Shown one piece after another: positions 29,764 to 39,158 of a DNA stretch of 64,000 nucleotides. This DNA is from a bacterium (GTDB lineage Bacteria; UBP6; UBA1177). The translations under genes and the position numbers were made by a program. The stretch spans positions 57,778-121,777 of the forward strand of contig JAGCNV010000058.1 in the NCBI GenBank assembly GCA_017645765.1, in the 5' to 3' direction. The notes beneath the pieces are model-generated. The model worked only from the letters and a program-made list of their open reading frames with translations, was not told the origin of the DNA and did not search any database. The stretch's first letter is position 1. Every line of letters starts with the position of its first letter.

Positions 29764-29816
29764 TTTCGAATATATCGTTACGGCGTGACGTCGTTGCGTC
29801 GTTACGTTTTTTTTGA

Positions 29817-30704
29817 TTAAAGTTTGATTTTCATATCAAGGCACTGGCTTCTGTAGAGGTCAGAAACCATCATTGCGACTTCGTCCGGAAGGACTGCAGC
29901 GACCTTTCTCAAGTTGTGGTCGGTGAGCCATTTTCTGAAGACTTCCTTTGATTTGTCGGGAATGAAACGTGCGCTGTCGCTCGTGAAAGTCTCGTCAACA
30001 AGCGAAAGAACGCCGTCGATAAAGCCGTATTCGACCTTTCCGTCTGCGATCTCGAAACCGAAATTTTCAAGCGCGTAGTCACGGCAGAGTTTGAAAAGTC
30101 TGATCGTCGTGTCCTTTACCTGCTGCGCTGTTTCCTTTGATCCGATGAGGGTCACCATCTGGTCGAAAGTGATCTTGTCGTCGGTTTCAGATTTTTCGGT
30201 CGGAGTGAAGATCGGTCCGTTTTTGATGAGCGAGCCTTCCGCGAAGTCGTCAGCTTCGATTTTGTCCCAGATCCAGGTGTTGTTTTTGAGTGCAGAAACT
30301 GCCGAACCGAAGATCCTGAAGCGGCATACAGCCTCGACCGGAAGGACTTCCGCGTGTTTGCCTAGCATTACCCTGCCCTTGAGCCACGGAAGATCAAGCA
30401 GTCTTTTTTCACCGGTAATTTCAGCGATTTCTTCAAGATCGTCGCTGACAAAATGTGTGCTGAAACCGTGCTCTTTGATGAACTTGAACCAGAAAGCCGA
30501 CTGCTGCGTGAGATAGATTCCTTTCGACGGAACGCCGGTCTTCATAACGACGTCGAACGCGCTTATTCTGTCGGTCGCAACTATCAGAAGATAATCGCCG
30601 AGTTCGTAAACTTCGCGGACTTTACCCTTTTTGAAAAGCTTCAAAAAAGGAATTTCCGATTCCATCAAAACATCTTTTCCTGCAACTTTCTCAATTCTAA
30701 GCAT
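29817..30704 (-). CDS. purC: Phosphoribosylaminoimidazole-succinocarboxamide (SAICAR) synthase, long form
   Basis: LLIVATDRISAFDVVM and GKVREVYELGD motifs. 295 aa. Confidence 0.9.
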   Translation of the reverse strand: MLRIEKVAGKDVLMESEIPFLKLFKKGKVREVYELGDYLLIVATDRISAFDVVMKTGVPSKGIYLTQQSAFWFKFIKEHGFSTHFVSDDLEEIAEITGEKRLLDLPWLKGRVMLGKHAEVLPVEAVCRFRIFGSAVSALKNNTWIWDKIEADDFAEGSLIKNGPIFTPTEKSETDDKITFDQMVTLIGSKETAQQVKDTTIRLFKLCRDYALENFGFEIADGKVEYGFIDGVLSLVDETFTSDSARFIPDKSKEVFRKWLTDHNLRKVAAVLPDEVAMMVSDLYRSQCLDMKIKL

Positions 30705-30778
30705 TTTTTATCCTCCTAAAAAATCATTAAAAAACAACCGCGCGATTCTAATTGTTATTGCAAATTCTGCAAACAAAA

Positions 30779-32722
30779 TCAGCTTTCTTTTGATTTTTTC
30801 CACTCTTCATATTCTTTCATGAGTGCAGCCATAAGAGCCGTTTTATCGCCGCCTGTATTGAAACGAAGCTTCTCGTGCAGTCTGACGAATGCAGAAAGAT
30901 CAATATTTTCGCCCAATTTTTCTCTGTTTTTTTCTATCCAGCGGCGCAGAGTTTCGCTCTCTTCACGCGTCAAACCGTTTTCGGCATAATAGTCAAGCAT
31001 CTGATAAAGCGGAGAATTGAGCCCTGCCGCTTCAAAAAGAGGCTTTATTTCATCAGAAAGAGACTTCTTCACTCGCCTTTTGCGCAGATAAACCCTGACC
31101 ATCAGAAAAATCGTGAGGATCGAAGCGGCAGCAATAAGAATCCTGTTAAATTCGGCACTTTTTTTCCTTCTGTAATTCTCATATTTCATCTTTACCCACG
31201 CCATGAAGTCACTCACAGGTTCAAAAAACGATTTTTCCATAGAATCGGCTTCTTTCCACTGCGGCGGCGTTGTATCAATATTGATCCATCTGTCACCGAT
31301 ATAGGCTGTAACCCATGCGTGGGCATCGCGTTTTCTAGCAATAATGGCATTTTCAAAGCTGTCGTACTCGTCAAGCATATATCCCGTACGGTATCTCGCC
31401 GCAATTCCGGCACTCCTCAGCATCAGCACTGTTGCAGTTGCGAAATATTCGCAGTGTCCTTCTCTTGTATTGTTCAGAAAATCGGCAAGATAAGAACCCG
31501 CGACTCTGTTTTTAAGTTCAAGCGTATAATTGAAAGTAGCAAAAAAGCGCTCGATATTTTCAAGAGTTTCTTCAGGTGTCGCACCTGTCAGCCCGTTATT
31601 TCGCATAACATCATCAATTACAGCCCGTTCTTCTTTCGGAACAAAAAAATCGGATCTGCGCGGAAGCGGCTCGAAACTCTCTTCCGGATCATAAGATATC
31701 ACAAATTCAAGAAGTTCAGGTCCTTCTTCAACATATATCGCCCCCAGAACACTCTTTTCTATTCCGGCGACATCAAGCTCTGTTGCCCGTTTAGCTCCAT
31801 TCGGAAGCGGCAGCACACCCTCACCTTTGTTTTTGTTCATCCAAATCGAGATTTTCGACCTCTTTTTCCCGTCGCCTTCCCCGAAAAACTGCCACTCCAT
31901 ATCGTTCACAGGAAAAATCGAATCAGTTTTTTTCGGTCTGGAATACCATGTGTTATTAACTATCACATTATAATCCGACTGCTTCATATAAAGAGGAATC
32001 GACGGCTCTTCGGGATAAACTCTGAACACGATTTCACCCGAAAGTTTCATTTTTCCGAGTTCTCCCATCGAAGTCGAAGTTCTGAAAGGATCTGCACTCA
32101 GCGACTCATACCAGTCGTTATACCATTCCATCATTTTTCTGCCTATAAGCCAGTGACCGGCAACGACCGTAACGCCGATAAAAACCGTAATAAAAACAGT
32201 CACAAAGCAGAACTTCAGATAACGCTTCAAAGATTTTGGATCCCTCACCCTCCCCGAAAGGACAACGAATATTATCAGCATAAACAAAGCGATGAACCAC
32301 ACGCTTTTTATATTTGCTGCGGCAGTCGCAAAAAGTATCGCAAGAATGTATAGAGTTCGGATATCGACCGGCGCGTGAGAATGAGTCCTCTTTCCCCATT
32401 TCGTGCCGATTATTACCTTATCGGAAGTGCTGAAAAGCTGTGCGAAAAGAAGCGGCATGAAAATTATAGGCACAGTCGTAATAAATCCTAAAAAAATCAT
32501 CCTCGGCTCGTTTTCGACATAGGAATAAAAAAGGAGAATGAACATCACGAGCGAGCTTAAATCGGAAATCCGGATAAAATCTTTTTTCTGCAGATCAAAC
32601 CGCGTTTTTATGATATTGGAAGCCTCAAAAATAATGGCAGCAACTATTGAAAAGACTTCCCAGCCTGTGCAAAAACCCCAGAAAATCGTTGAAAAACCTA
32701 TGAAAAGCGGCGGAAATCTCAA
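30779..32722 (-). CDS. Transglutaminase-like (TgpA-type) membrane protein
   Basis: N-terminal multi-TM region. Transglutaminase core Cys-His-Asp context EGHCEYFATATVLMLRSAGIAARYRTGYM...DAHAWVTAYIGDRWINIDTTP. C-terminal TM plus cytoplasmic tail. Confidence 0.8.
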   Translation of the reverse strand: MRFPPLFIGFSTIFWGFCTGWEVFSIVAAIIFEASNIIKTRFDLQKKDFIRISDLSSLVMFILLFYSYVENEPRMIFLGFITTVPIIFMPLLFAQLFSTSDKVIIGTKWGKRTHSHAPVDIRTLYILAILFATAAANIKSVWFIALFMLIIFVVLSGRVRDPKSLKRYLKFCFVTVFITVFIGVTVVAGHWLIGRKMMEWYNDWYESLSADPFRTSTSMGELGKMKLSGEIVFRVYPEEPSIPLYMKQSDYNVIVNNTWYSRPKKTDSIFPVNDMEWQFFGEGDGKKRSKISIWMNKNKGEGVLPLPNGAKRATELDVAGIEKSVLGAIYVEEGPELLEFVISYDPEESFEPLPRRSDFFVPKEERAVIDDVMRNNGLTGATPEETLENIERFFATFNYTLELKNRVAGSYLADFLNNTREGHCEYFATATVLMLRSAGIAARYRTGYMLDEYDSFENAIIARKRDAHAWVTAYIGDRWINIDTTPPQWKEADSMEKSFFEPVSDFMAWVKMKYENYRRKKSAEFNRILIAAASILTIFLMVRVYLRKRRVKKSLSDEIKPLFEAAGLNSPLYQMLDYYAENGLTREESETLRRWIEKNREKLGENIDLSAFVRLHEKLRFNTGGDKTALMAALMKEYEEWKKSKES

Positions 32723-32837
32723 AAATCACCTCGAAACAAACCGTGGGATTATACTTATTTTGAAAATTTCTGAAATGAAATCCGCTTCCGCCGCACCAAA
32801 AAGAAAGAAGTTTAGTCTTCAAAATTAAGTTGACAAA

Positions 32838-32905
32838 TAACTCTGCAATTTGGCGGATTTTTACTCGGTAATTTGGCGAAATTTCATTCGGTGTTTTGGC
32901 AGATT
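32838..32905 (+). repeat. Three tandem 23-bp direct repeats (AATTTGGCGnATTTTnAyTCGGT) downstream of the DUF4143 ATPase gene
   Basis: aatttggcggatttttactcggt / aatttggcgaaatttcattcggt / gttttggcagattccagagatt. Confidence 0.8.
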
Positions 32906-32944
32906 CCAGAGATTAATTTACATAAGAATTTTAGTTGTAGACCT

Positions 32945-34222
32945 CTAATCTTTAAGACAACCTATCGGAACGATATAAACATCATCTTCGCGCTTGTAAG
33001 CAAAACTGCCTTTTCCGACCAAAACCATCATAAAAGAGGGCGATGGCATTTTGTCAGTATCAATTCTGTTTCTAAGAGCTTTAAGTGTCTGCGCTCCGTG
33101 TTCTATTGCATCTTCGCCTCCGAGTTTGATTTCGACAAGCCCGTATCTGCCGTCACGCAGATGAATGACCGCGTCGCATTCCAAACCCGATTTGTCGCGG
33201 TAATGATAAACTTGTCCGTTCAGTGAATCGGCATAGACACGCAAATCCCTGACGCACAAGGTTTCAAAAATAAATCCGAAAGTGTTGAGGTCATTTATCA
33301 AATCATTCGGCCCGAGTCCGAGAGACGCAACAGCTATTGAGGGATCTGTAAAATAACGGGTATCAGAAGTGCGGACAGCGGTTTTTGACCTTAAATTGGG
33401 ATTCCATGCCGGCATATCTTCAATAACAAAAATCTTTTTCAGTGCGTTGATGTATGAAACGACAGTGTCAACATCCAATTTGTCGGAATCGTTGACCAGC
33501 ATATCCTGCCGGATTGCCTCATTTGATGCCTGAGTTCCCTGACATCTGGCGTAAGATTTTAAAAGTCTTTTCGTCCTTTCAGGCTCACGTCTTATATTAT
33601 CAACTCTTGAAACATCAATGTTTTCAACTGCTTGCATATAGTTATATGCGTGCTCAAGAGCTATATCGCCATCAAGTTCAAGCGTTGTAGGCCAGCCGCC
33701 GCGGCATGCGAGATATGCGATTTGTTCAATATCGTTTATGTTGTTTTTTCCTGAAATTTCGGTTGTTTGCGAGAAAAGATCTTCTAAACTGACCGAACCG
33801 TCCGATTCACCCGATTCAAAAAGACTCATTGTCCGCATTTTCAACCATGTGACTCTTCCTGTTCCAGAATGAAAAATCTTCTCTCTGTCAGCGGGGACAG
33901 CCGAACCGGTTAATATAAACTGCCCCACTTTGTTTCTGTGATCGACCTCAAACCTTACCGCGTCCCAGATTGAAGGCGCAATCTGCCATTCGTCCAGCAG
34001 CCTAGGAGTTTCTCCTTCAAGTAAAAGACTCGGTTTAAGCTGAGACAGCCTGATATTTTGAGCCATTTCATCTGGATTTGCTATATAAAGCACACTTTTG
34101 GAAGCATGTTCAGCCGAAGTGGTTTTTCCGCACAGTTTAGGTCCTTCAATTAAAATTGCCCCTATCCCTTTCAGTTTTTTTTCAATCAATTTGTCAACGA
34201 TACGATTTCTGTATTTACTCAT
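32945..34222 (-). CDS. AAA-family ATP-binding protein with DUF4143-type C-terminal domain
   Basis: Walker A in IEGPKLCGKTTSAEH. Overall architecture (AAA_14-like N-terminus, ~425 aa) is typical of the widespread 'ATP-binding protein, DUF4143' family. GGAGGTGG RBS; start taken at the third codon (MSKYRN). Confidence 0.75.
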   Translation of the reverse strand: MSKYRNRIVDKLIEKKLKGIGAILIEGPKLCGKTTSAEHASKSVLYIANPDEMAQNIRLSQLKPSLLLEGETPRLLDEWQIAPSIWDAVRFEVDHRNKVGQFILTGSAVPADREKIFHSGTGRVTWLKMRTMSLFESGESDGSVSLEDLFSQTTEISGKNNINDIEQIAYLACRGGWPTTLELDGDIALEHAYNYMQAVENIDVSRVDNIRREPERTKRLLKSYARCQGTQASNEAIRQDMLVNDSDKLDVDTVVSYINALKKIFVIEDMPAWNPNLRSKTAVRTSDTRYFTDPSIAVASLGLGPNDLINDLNTFGFIFETLCVRDLRVYADSLNGQVYHYRDKSGLECDAVIHLRDGRYGLVEIKLGGEDAIEHGAQTLKALRNRIDTDKMPSPSFMMVLVGKGSFAYKREDDVYIVPIGCLKD

Positions 34223-34250
34223 AAGCATCCACCTCCAATGCGCAGAATAG

Positions 34251-34372
34251 TGCCAATTCGGTAAATTGTCAATTTTTCATTCGGTAATTTGGCGAAATTC
34301 TATTCGGCGATTTGGTGTATTTTTATTATATAATTTGGCGGATTTTCACTTTATATTTTGGCGCGTTTTTAT
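34251..34372 (+). repeat. Five tandem 23-bp direct repeats of the same AATTTGGCG family, immediately upstream of (5' to) the ATPase gene
   Basis: aaattgtcaatttttcattcggt / aatttggcgaaattctattcggc / gatttggtgtatttttattatat / aatttggcggattttcactttat / attttggcgcgtttttatttttt. Same orientation as the array at 32838-32905, with which it shares the 17-mer cggtaatttggcgaaat. Confidence 0.8.
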
Positions 34373-34376
34373 TTTT

Positions 34377-34859
34377 TCAGTCTTTTACCCACTCTTCAAC
34401 CAAATCGGTCGTCATCGTGCCGGTGTGAACTTTCTTTATCACGCCGTCCTTAACGAGAAGTGTTGTCGGGAGAACTGAAATATAGAGATCTTCAAAAAAT
34501 TCATCCTGAGCAATGACACTTTTGAAATCCGGTGAAACTTCACGGTAGACTTCGTATTTGAAGACAGGTTTTATCACGCCGTAAACCTGATGTTTTGCTG
34601 CAACTTTATTGAGTTCCGGCATTTCAGAAATGCACGCTCCGCACCACGTTGCCCAGATGTTAAGAATGACCTCGCCTTTTGATAGATCCAGAGAGGTTCT
34701 CCGGCCGGTCTGAGGATCAACACCTGAAATTTCGCGGAGTTCGCGCCCCGGAAGGAATATAGACGCGCCGAAATACGAAAACACATTGAACAGAAGGACA
34801 ACTATAACAAGTGAAAAAATGATAATGTGAAAAATTTTGCTGCTCTTTTTTTCTTCCAT
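34377..34859 (-). CDS. TlpA/ResA-like membrane-anchored thiol:disulfide oxidoreductase (thioredoxin fold)
   Basis: WCGAC active-site motif (NIWATWCGACISEMPEL). N-terminal TM anchor. 160 aa. Start overlaps the stop of the upstream glycosyltransferase gene. Confidence 0.8.
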   Translation of the reverse strand: MEEKKSSKIFHIIIFSLVIVVLLFNVFSYFGASIFLPGRELREISGVDPQTGRRTSLDLSKGEVILNIWATWCGACISEMPELNKVAAKHQVYGVIKPVFKYEVYREVSPDFKSVIAQDEFFEDLYISVLPTTLLVKDGVIKKVHTGTMTTDLVEEWVKD

Positions 34860-37087
34860 TACTTTATATTTACGTTGAAAGTTCCCAAAATAAAGCGTTT
34901 CTGACCGTCGTTGAAAGATTCCTTATCGACATCCATTCGCGTATTTTCTTCGTAAAATCCGGTATATATCTTGACTCCGCCGCCTGGATGCGCTTTAGGC
35001 ACATCTACTTTAAAAGTGTCTTTTAGAATCATTCCGGGAGTCCATTTCGTTGTCGGCAGATAGCCCTGCTGCGGATAGTCGTCAAGCTTGAACGAGTGCG
35101 GAAGCGCGCCACTGTAAACGTCGAAGTGGAAGAAAACTTTCCAGTTCTTATCCATCTCTTTCAAAACTTTGTAGTAAAGCGTGAGTTCGATCTCTTCACC
35201 CGGATCGAAACGCTGCTTGTTGATGTCGTAACCGATGATTTCAATGGTTTTTCCGCCCAAAGTTCCGTTGATTTTCTTGATGTTTTTCGGGATCTGCGAC
35301 TCTTCGAGGAGATTTTTCCTCCATTTGTCGGAAAGATCGGCGTTTTTATCCTGCATTGAAGCGGTAAACATCTCGATTTCCATGTATGTGTCGACAGCAT
35401 CGTCAGCAACTTTCCTTATCGGAATGCCCGGTTTGTCGAGAAGCGCCGCGCGAAGTTCTGAAACTTTGTCCTTTTTAGTCGTTATAAAAACTGTATTATT
35501 GGGATTTTTTTCAATAAGTTGTTGAATTTGCTCGGCTTTCGTGTAGCGGTGAAGTTGTTCGTCAAGACCGAGATAAAAATACATTGACCTGTTTTTCCAG
35601 TTGTGGAAATCGACCATTTTATCCCCAGGCTTTTTCATTTCGAAATATTTTTCAACAAGGTGCTTCGGTGTGAAAACTTCAAGCATATTCGGCACCCAGA
35701 CAAAATTTATATATCCTGACCAGACGACTGCGACAAGTGTAAAAGCGGCTGCTGAAATCTCGAAAAGGATCTTTTTGTCAGGTTTGACTGCCGGAAGAAT
35801 GATAAAAAACGCCATCAGCGGAACAAAAACCATAAGCATCGGAACCGGATCGAAAACACGCCCGAACCAGGTCTGGACGTGGTGAGTCGTTATGAGATAA
35901 ATCATGTCTGCATAGTTGAAACCAGTTCCTATATCCTTCCCTATCAGAATCAGAAAAAACGCCGAAACAACGCCGATAACGGTATAAACTTTCGAGAGTT
36001 TCTCGCTTCTCAAAAGATCGACGAACCCTTCAGCAAGAATCATCACCATGAAAGGAACTACCGGAAAAACGTAGTGCGGAAACTTTGTCGCAGCAAGGGT
36101 GAAGAAAAGGAAAAGAAAGAAAAACGTGAGGACTGTAAAAGCCAGGTCTTTGTTTTTTCTGACTTTTCCAGCCGCTGAAAAAAGTGCTGGAATCAGGAAC
36201 GCGATCCACGGGAAAGCACCGAGCGAAAGCTGCCAGATGTAAAATTCAAACGGACCGTCGGGCTTGTCGATCTTTCCTTCAAGCCTGCCGAAGTGATGCT
36301 CCATGAAAAATTCTTTATAAAACGGCTCTCCGTGCTTTATACCCATGTAGAGATACCACGGAAGCGAAACGACAAGGAAAATCGCAAGTCCTTCGAAAGG
36401 TCTGAGAGAAAAAATAAAATCGGTCACATCCTTTGCAACTGCCTTGAATCCTTTGGAATAATCAAGAGTTGCGATCATCCAGAGAATCATTGCCGCAATC
36501 GGGAAACATATAGCGAGCAACCCTTTCGTGAGCATTCCGAGCCCCATGAAAAGATAGGAAAGACGGATCAGTTTTTTGTCTTTGTCGCGCTGCCCGATGT
36601 AGAGAAAACCGATTGAACCGGTCAAAAACGTCACAAAAGTTATATCCCACATGAACTGCCGCGTGATCATGTAAGTATAAGGCGTGAAAACCGCGACAAA
36701 CGCAGCAACAAGGGCTTTCAGCGGGTCTTTAAGAATTTTCTCGGCGATAAAATGAATAAGAAGAACGAAAAATATGCCGTTTATAGCGAAAGGAAGCCTG
36801 AGTGCGAGCTCTGTCGGACCGAAAATCTTCATAAAAGGAAAAACCATCCAGAAACAGAAAATCGGCTTCGACCAGAAGTTGTGCTTTCCAAGATATATCG
36901 GATCAAGGAACCAGTCCCAGGAATTATTCGCCATCATCTCCATCGCGACTCTGCCGTAATGAGGCTCCCACTGCCCCAGAACCGGATAGCTTCCGAGAAG
37001 AGGCAGAAAGAAAAGTGCCGAAAGAATAGCTAAAAAAATGCGCGGATGATCAAGAATCACCGCCTGAAGTCCTTCTTTTTTATCCAT
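34859..37087 (-). CDS. GT39/GT83-like (PMT/ArnT-type) integral-membrane glycosyltransferase with ~300-aa C-terminal extracytoplasmic domain
   Basis: N-terminal ~450 aa polytopic region with the ArnT/PMT-like first-loop signature (...GQWEPHYGRVAMEMMANNSWDWFLDPIYLGKHNFWSKPIF...). AAGGAG RBS 6 nt before ATG 37087 (MDKKEGL...); the track ORF extends 36 codons upstream. Confidence 0.7.
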   Translation of the reverse strand: MDKKEGLQAVILDHPRIFLAILSALFFLPLLGSYPVLGQWEPHYGRVAMEMMANNSWDWFLDPIYLGKHNFWSKPIFCFWMVFPFMKIFGPTELALRLPFAINGIFFVLLIHFIAEKILKDPLKALVAAFVAVFTPYTYMITRQFMWDITFVTFLTGSIGFLYIGQRDKDKKLIRLSYLFMGLGMLTKGLLAICFPIAAMILWMIATLDYSKGFKAVAKDVTDFIFSLRPFEGLAIFLVVSLPWYLYMGIKHGEPFYKEFFMEHHFGRLEGKIDKPDGPFEFYIWQLSLGAFPWIAFLIPALFSAAGKVRKNKDLAFTVLTFFFLFLFFTLAATKFPHYVFPVVPFMVMILAEGFVDLLRSEKLSKVYTVIGVVSAFFLILIGKDIGTGFNYADMIYLITTHHVQTWFGRVFDPVPMLMVFVPLMAFFIILPAVKPDKKILFEISAAAFTLVAVVWSGYINFVWVPNMLEVFTPKHLVEKYFEMKKPGDKMVDFHNWKNRSMYFYLGLDEQLHRYTKAEQIQQLIEKNPNNTVFITTKKDKVSELRAALLDKPGIPIRKVADDAVDTYMEIEMFTASMQDKNADLSDKWRKNLLEESQIPKNIKKINGTLGGKTIEIIGYDINKQRFDPGEEIELTLYYKVLKEMDKNWKVFFHFDVYSGALPHSFKLDDYPQQGYLPTTKWTPGMILKDTFKVDVPKAHPGGGVKIYTGFYEENTRMDVDKESFNDGQKRFILGTFNVNIK

Positions 37088-37253
37088 AAAAAACTCCTTA
37101 AAAACAACAAAGCCGCAAATTATAAGGTATAGAAAGTGCAAGTCAAAAAAACACAATTTCGTCAGTTTGAGCGTAGCTAAAAATCTGCGAGTCAATTTAT
37201 TGATTTAAATATTTTTTCATGTATAAGCAAACGAATTTATCTGATATTTAAAA

Positions 37254-37922
37254 ATGAATGTCTGTTTAATTTGCGGAAACATAACGGAAAATCAAAATTT
37301 TTTATGCAAGGAATGTGCAAAATTTGCACTTTTCTGCGAAAGAAGATGTCCTAAATGCGGGAATTTCACGCTGACTCCGGATGAGCCGGAATGTTTTTCG
37401 TGCAAAGGAAAAAAGCTGCACTTTGACAAAATTTTTTCACTTTTTATCTACAGCGGAAGCATTTCAAAACTGATTTCGGAAATGAAATACGGCAAAGTCA
37501 GAAGCATCGCCGAAATTTTAGGGAGATACCTTGCCGAAAACGCACATTTCGAACTTATTGAAGGACGCACCGTCATCTTTCCGCCGATGAGATTTCTGGA
37601 TAAACTTCTCCGATCTTTTAATCAGGCTGAGATATTCGCAGACAAAGTCGCAAAAAGGCATGGTTTGAAATTTGACCCGAAATTATTGAAAAAGATCCGC
37701 AGGACCAGACATCAGGCGGGGCTTGACTACGAAGAAAGAACGGAAAATCTGAAAGATGCTTTCGCCATCACCCGAAGCGTGAAAGGAGAAAAATTTCTGA
37801 TCGTGGACGATGTCTGCACGACAGCATCAACTATTGAAGAAATCGCGAAACTTTTGAACAAAAACGGGGCGAAAAGCGTGAACGGGCTCACACTTGCAAG
37901 GAGAACCCCCTACTTCGGATGA
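37254..37922 (+). CDS. ComF/GntX-family phosphoribosyltransferase-domain protein
   Basis: N-terminal 4-Cys zinc ribbon (CLICGN...CKEC...CPKCGN...CFSC). C-terminal PRTase motif FLIVDDVCTTASTIEE. Confidence 0.8.
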   Translation: MNVCLICGNITENQNFLCKECAKFALFCERRCPKCGNFTLTPDEPECFSCKGKKLHFDKIFSLFIYSGSISKLISEMKYGKVRSIAEILGRYLAENAHFELIEGRTVIFPPMRFLDKLLRSFNQAEIFADKVAKRHGLKFDPKLLKKIRRTRHQAGLDYEERTENLKDAFAITRSVKGEKFLIVDDVCTTASTIEEIAKLLNKNGAKSVNGLTLARRTPYFG

Positions 37923-38858
37923 TTAGATAAACAGCATCGAGCAGCCGTTGGATTTTTTGCTTTCTTCTTTGCTTTCAGCTTCAGAATCGGTTGCAGGTGC
38001 CTCGGAATCGTCACCGTCGACCGGAACTTCAGTATCAGCTGAATCGTCAGCCGGAGCATCGGTGTTTGCAGTGTCAGTATCTTCATCGGAACCGGTATCA
38101 GAGACATCGGTATCACCTTCGTCAGGATCTGGGGAAATGGGATCATCGCCGTCTTCGGACGGATTTTCATCATCACCGTCTGAATGAGCATAGAGACCGC
38201 ATTCGTCACAGCATTCTTTGTTTTCGCAGCTTTCTGCCGTTTCAATACACTCGAAATAGCCTTTGTAGTTTTCTTCGCGGATATCGTCTCTAGAACAGCA
38301 GATTGTGAGCATCTGCGCATTTATATCCTCTCCGGAGGGAATATCGAGAACCGCCTCAAGTTCCTCGTCGTTAAGCGGTTCAAAACAGGAATTTGCAAAG
38401 GTTTTTACATACGAAAGGCAGATATTGAGAACTTCTTCGTCAGTGCAGACTATTCTCGGAGTCGCGAGCTCGGTACCGCATTCTTCGACAAGCGTGCTGT
38501 CGCAGACACCCTCTTCGAAAGTTGCAGTTCCGAACCTTCTTCTGTCGAAGCCATAGCACCAGCATTCATAGTCGCCGCTCTGTTCCAGAACACATTCTCC
38601 GGCTTCGTTTTTGCATTTGAATCCTGCATTTTTACAAATTTCATTGGCCTCCGCTTTGCATTCGTCCTCTGTCGGGAGAGCCGATGCAGATGTTTCGCTG
38701 GAAGAGCTTGTATCGTCATTGCAGTAGCATTCTTTGGATAATGAACCAGCAGAGAGAGTGTAAGTACATCCCCCTTTTTCAGCTTCACAAGTTAAAGTTT
38801 CCGCAAAAAGTGTTGTTGCAGCTGCAAGCATTGCAACCAAAACAAGTAATTTTTTCAT
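37923..38858 (-). CDS. Secreted Cys-rich protein with highly acidic C-terminal tail, hypothetical
   Basis: GGAGG RBS, then MKKLLVLVAMLAAATTLFAE signal peptide. >25 Cys. C-terminal ~80 aa is D/E/S/T-rich. Confidence 0.55.
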   Translation of the reverse strand: MKKLLVLVAMLAAATTLFAETLTCEAEKGGCTYTLSAGSLSKECYCNDDTSSSSETSASALPTEDECKAEANEICKNAGFKCKNEAGECVLEQSGDYECWCYGFDRRRFGTATFEEGVCDSTLVEECGTELATPRIVCTDEEVLNICLSYVKTFANSCFEPLNDEELEAVLDIPSGEDINAQMLTICCSRDDIREENYKGYFECIETAESCENKECCDECGLYAHSDGDDENPSEDGDDPISPDPDEGDTDVSDTGSDEDTDTANTDAPADDSADTEVPVDGDDSEAPATDSEAESKEESKKSNGCSMLFI

Positions 38859-39019
38859 TTCAGCCTCCATAAGTTAAAAAAACAAAAACAAATAGCATAT
38901 ATTTAGTTGCACAAAATAGCGATTTTTCTGACTCAAAAATTCAAAAAAAAAAAAATCTGATTTTATTAAAGAATTTTTACAATATTGTTATTTATAGAAG
39001 CCACAGAGAACCGCCGATA

Positions 39020-39106
39020 TTATTTCACCTTTTCCGCCGCTTCGAGAACCGCTTTCGCAAGCTGGTCGGCGCATGAAGTTCCTTTGGATCCAGGCTTGCC
39101 TTCCCA
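39020..39106 (-). pseudogene. Remnant duplicate of the 3' end (last ~21 codons) of the TSCPD-domain gene at 42016-42276
   Basis: 39026-39088 is ~90% identical to 42013-42078. It reads in frame (-) as WEGKPGSKGTSCADQLAKAVLEAAEKVK* versus authentic ...GFKGTSCADQLAKAVLEAAEKVRK*. An in-frame stop lies immediately upstream and there is no start codon. Confidence 0.7.
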
Positions 39107-39158
39107 TTAGTTTTCCTTATAATTTTTCGTTTGTTTTAGTTTTTTTCAGAGGTGATAC

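Noticed and set aside
29764-29816. Possible intrinsic terminator between convergent ankyrin and purC genes (cgttacggcgtgacgtcgttgcgtcgttacgtttttttt)
   Set aside because: It contains the direct repeats CGTCGTT and CGTTACG and a T8 run, but I could not form a convincing perfect stem by eye. Left as uncertain rather than annotated.
30875-32353. 492-aa plus-strand ORF antisense to the transglutaminase-like gene
   Set aside because: It has no motifs and an Arg/Phe/His-rich composition typical of antisense frames. The minus ORF carries the transglutaminase Cys-His-Asp core.
30779-34228. Mobile genetic element call (transposon/integron) around the DUF4143 ATPase or the TSCPD insertion
   Set aside because: No transposase, integrase, recombinase or relaxase genes, and no terminal inverted repeats were recognised. 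Only direct repeats are reported (see findings).
39081-39092. GGATCC site and apparent in-frame ORF in the TSCPD remnant, considered as a small functional gene
   Set aside because: No start codon or RBS. An in-frame stop lies immediately upstream. Best explained as a decaying duplicate fragment.
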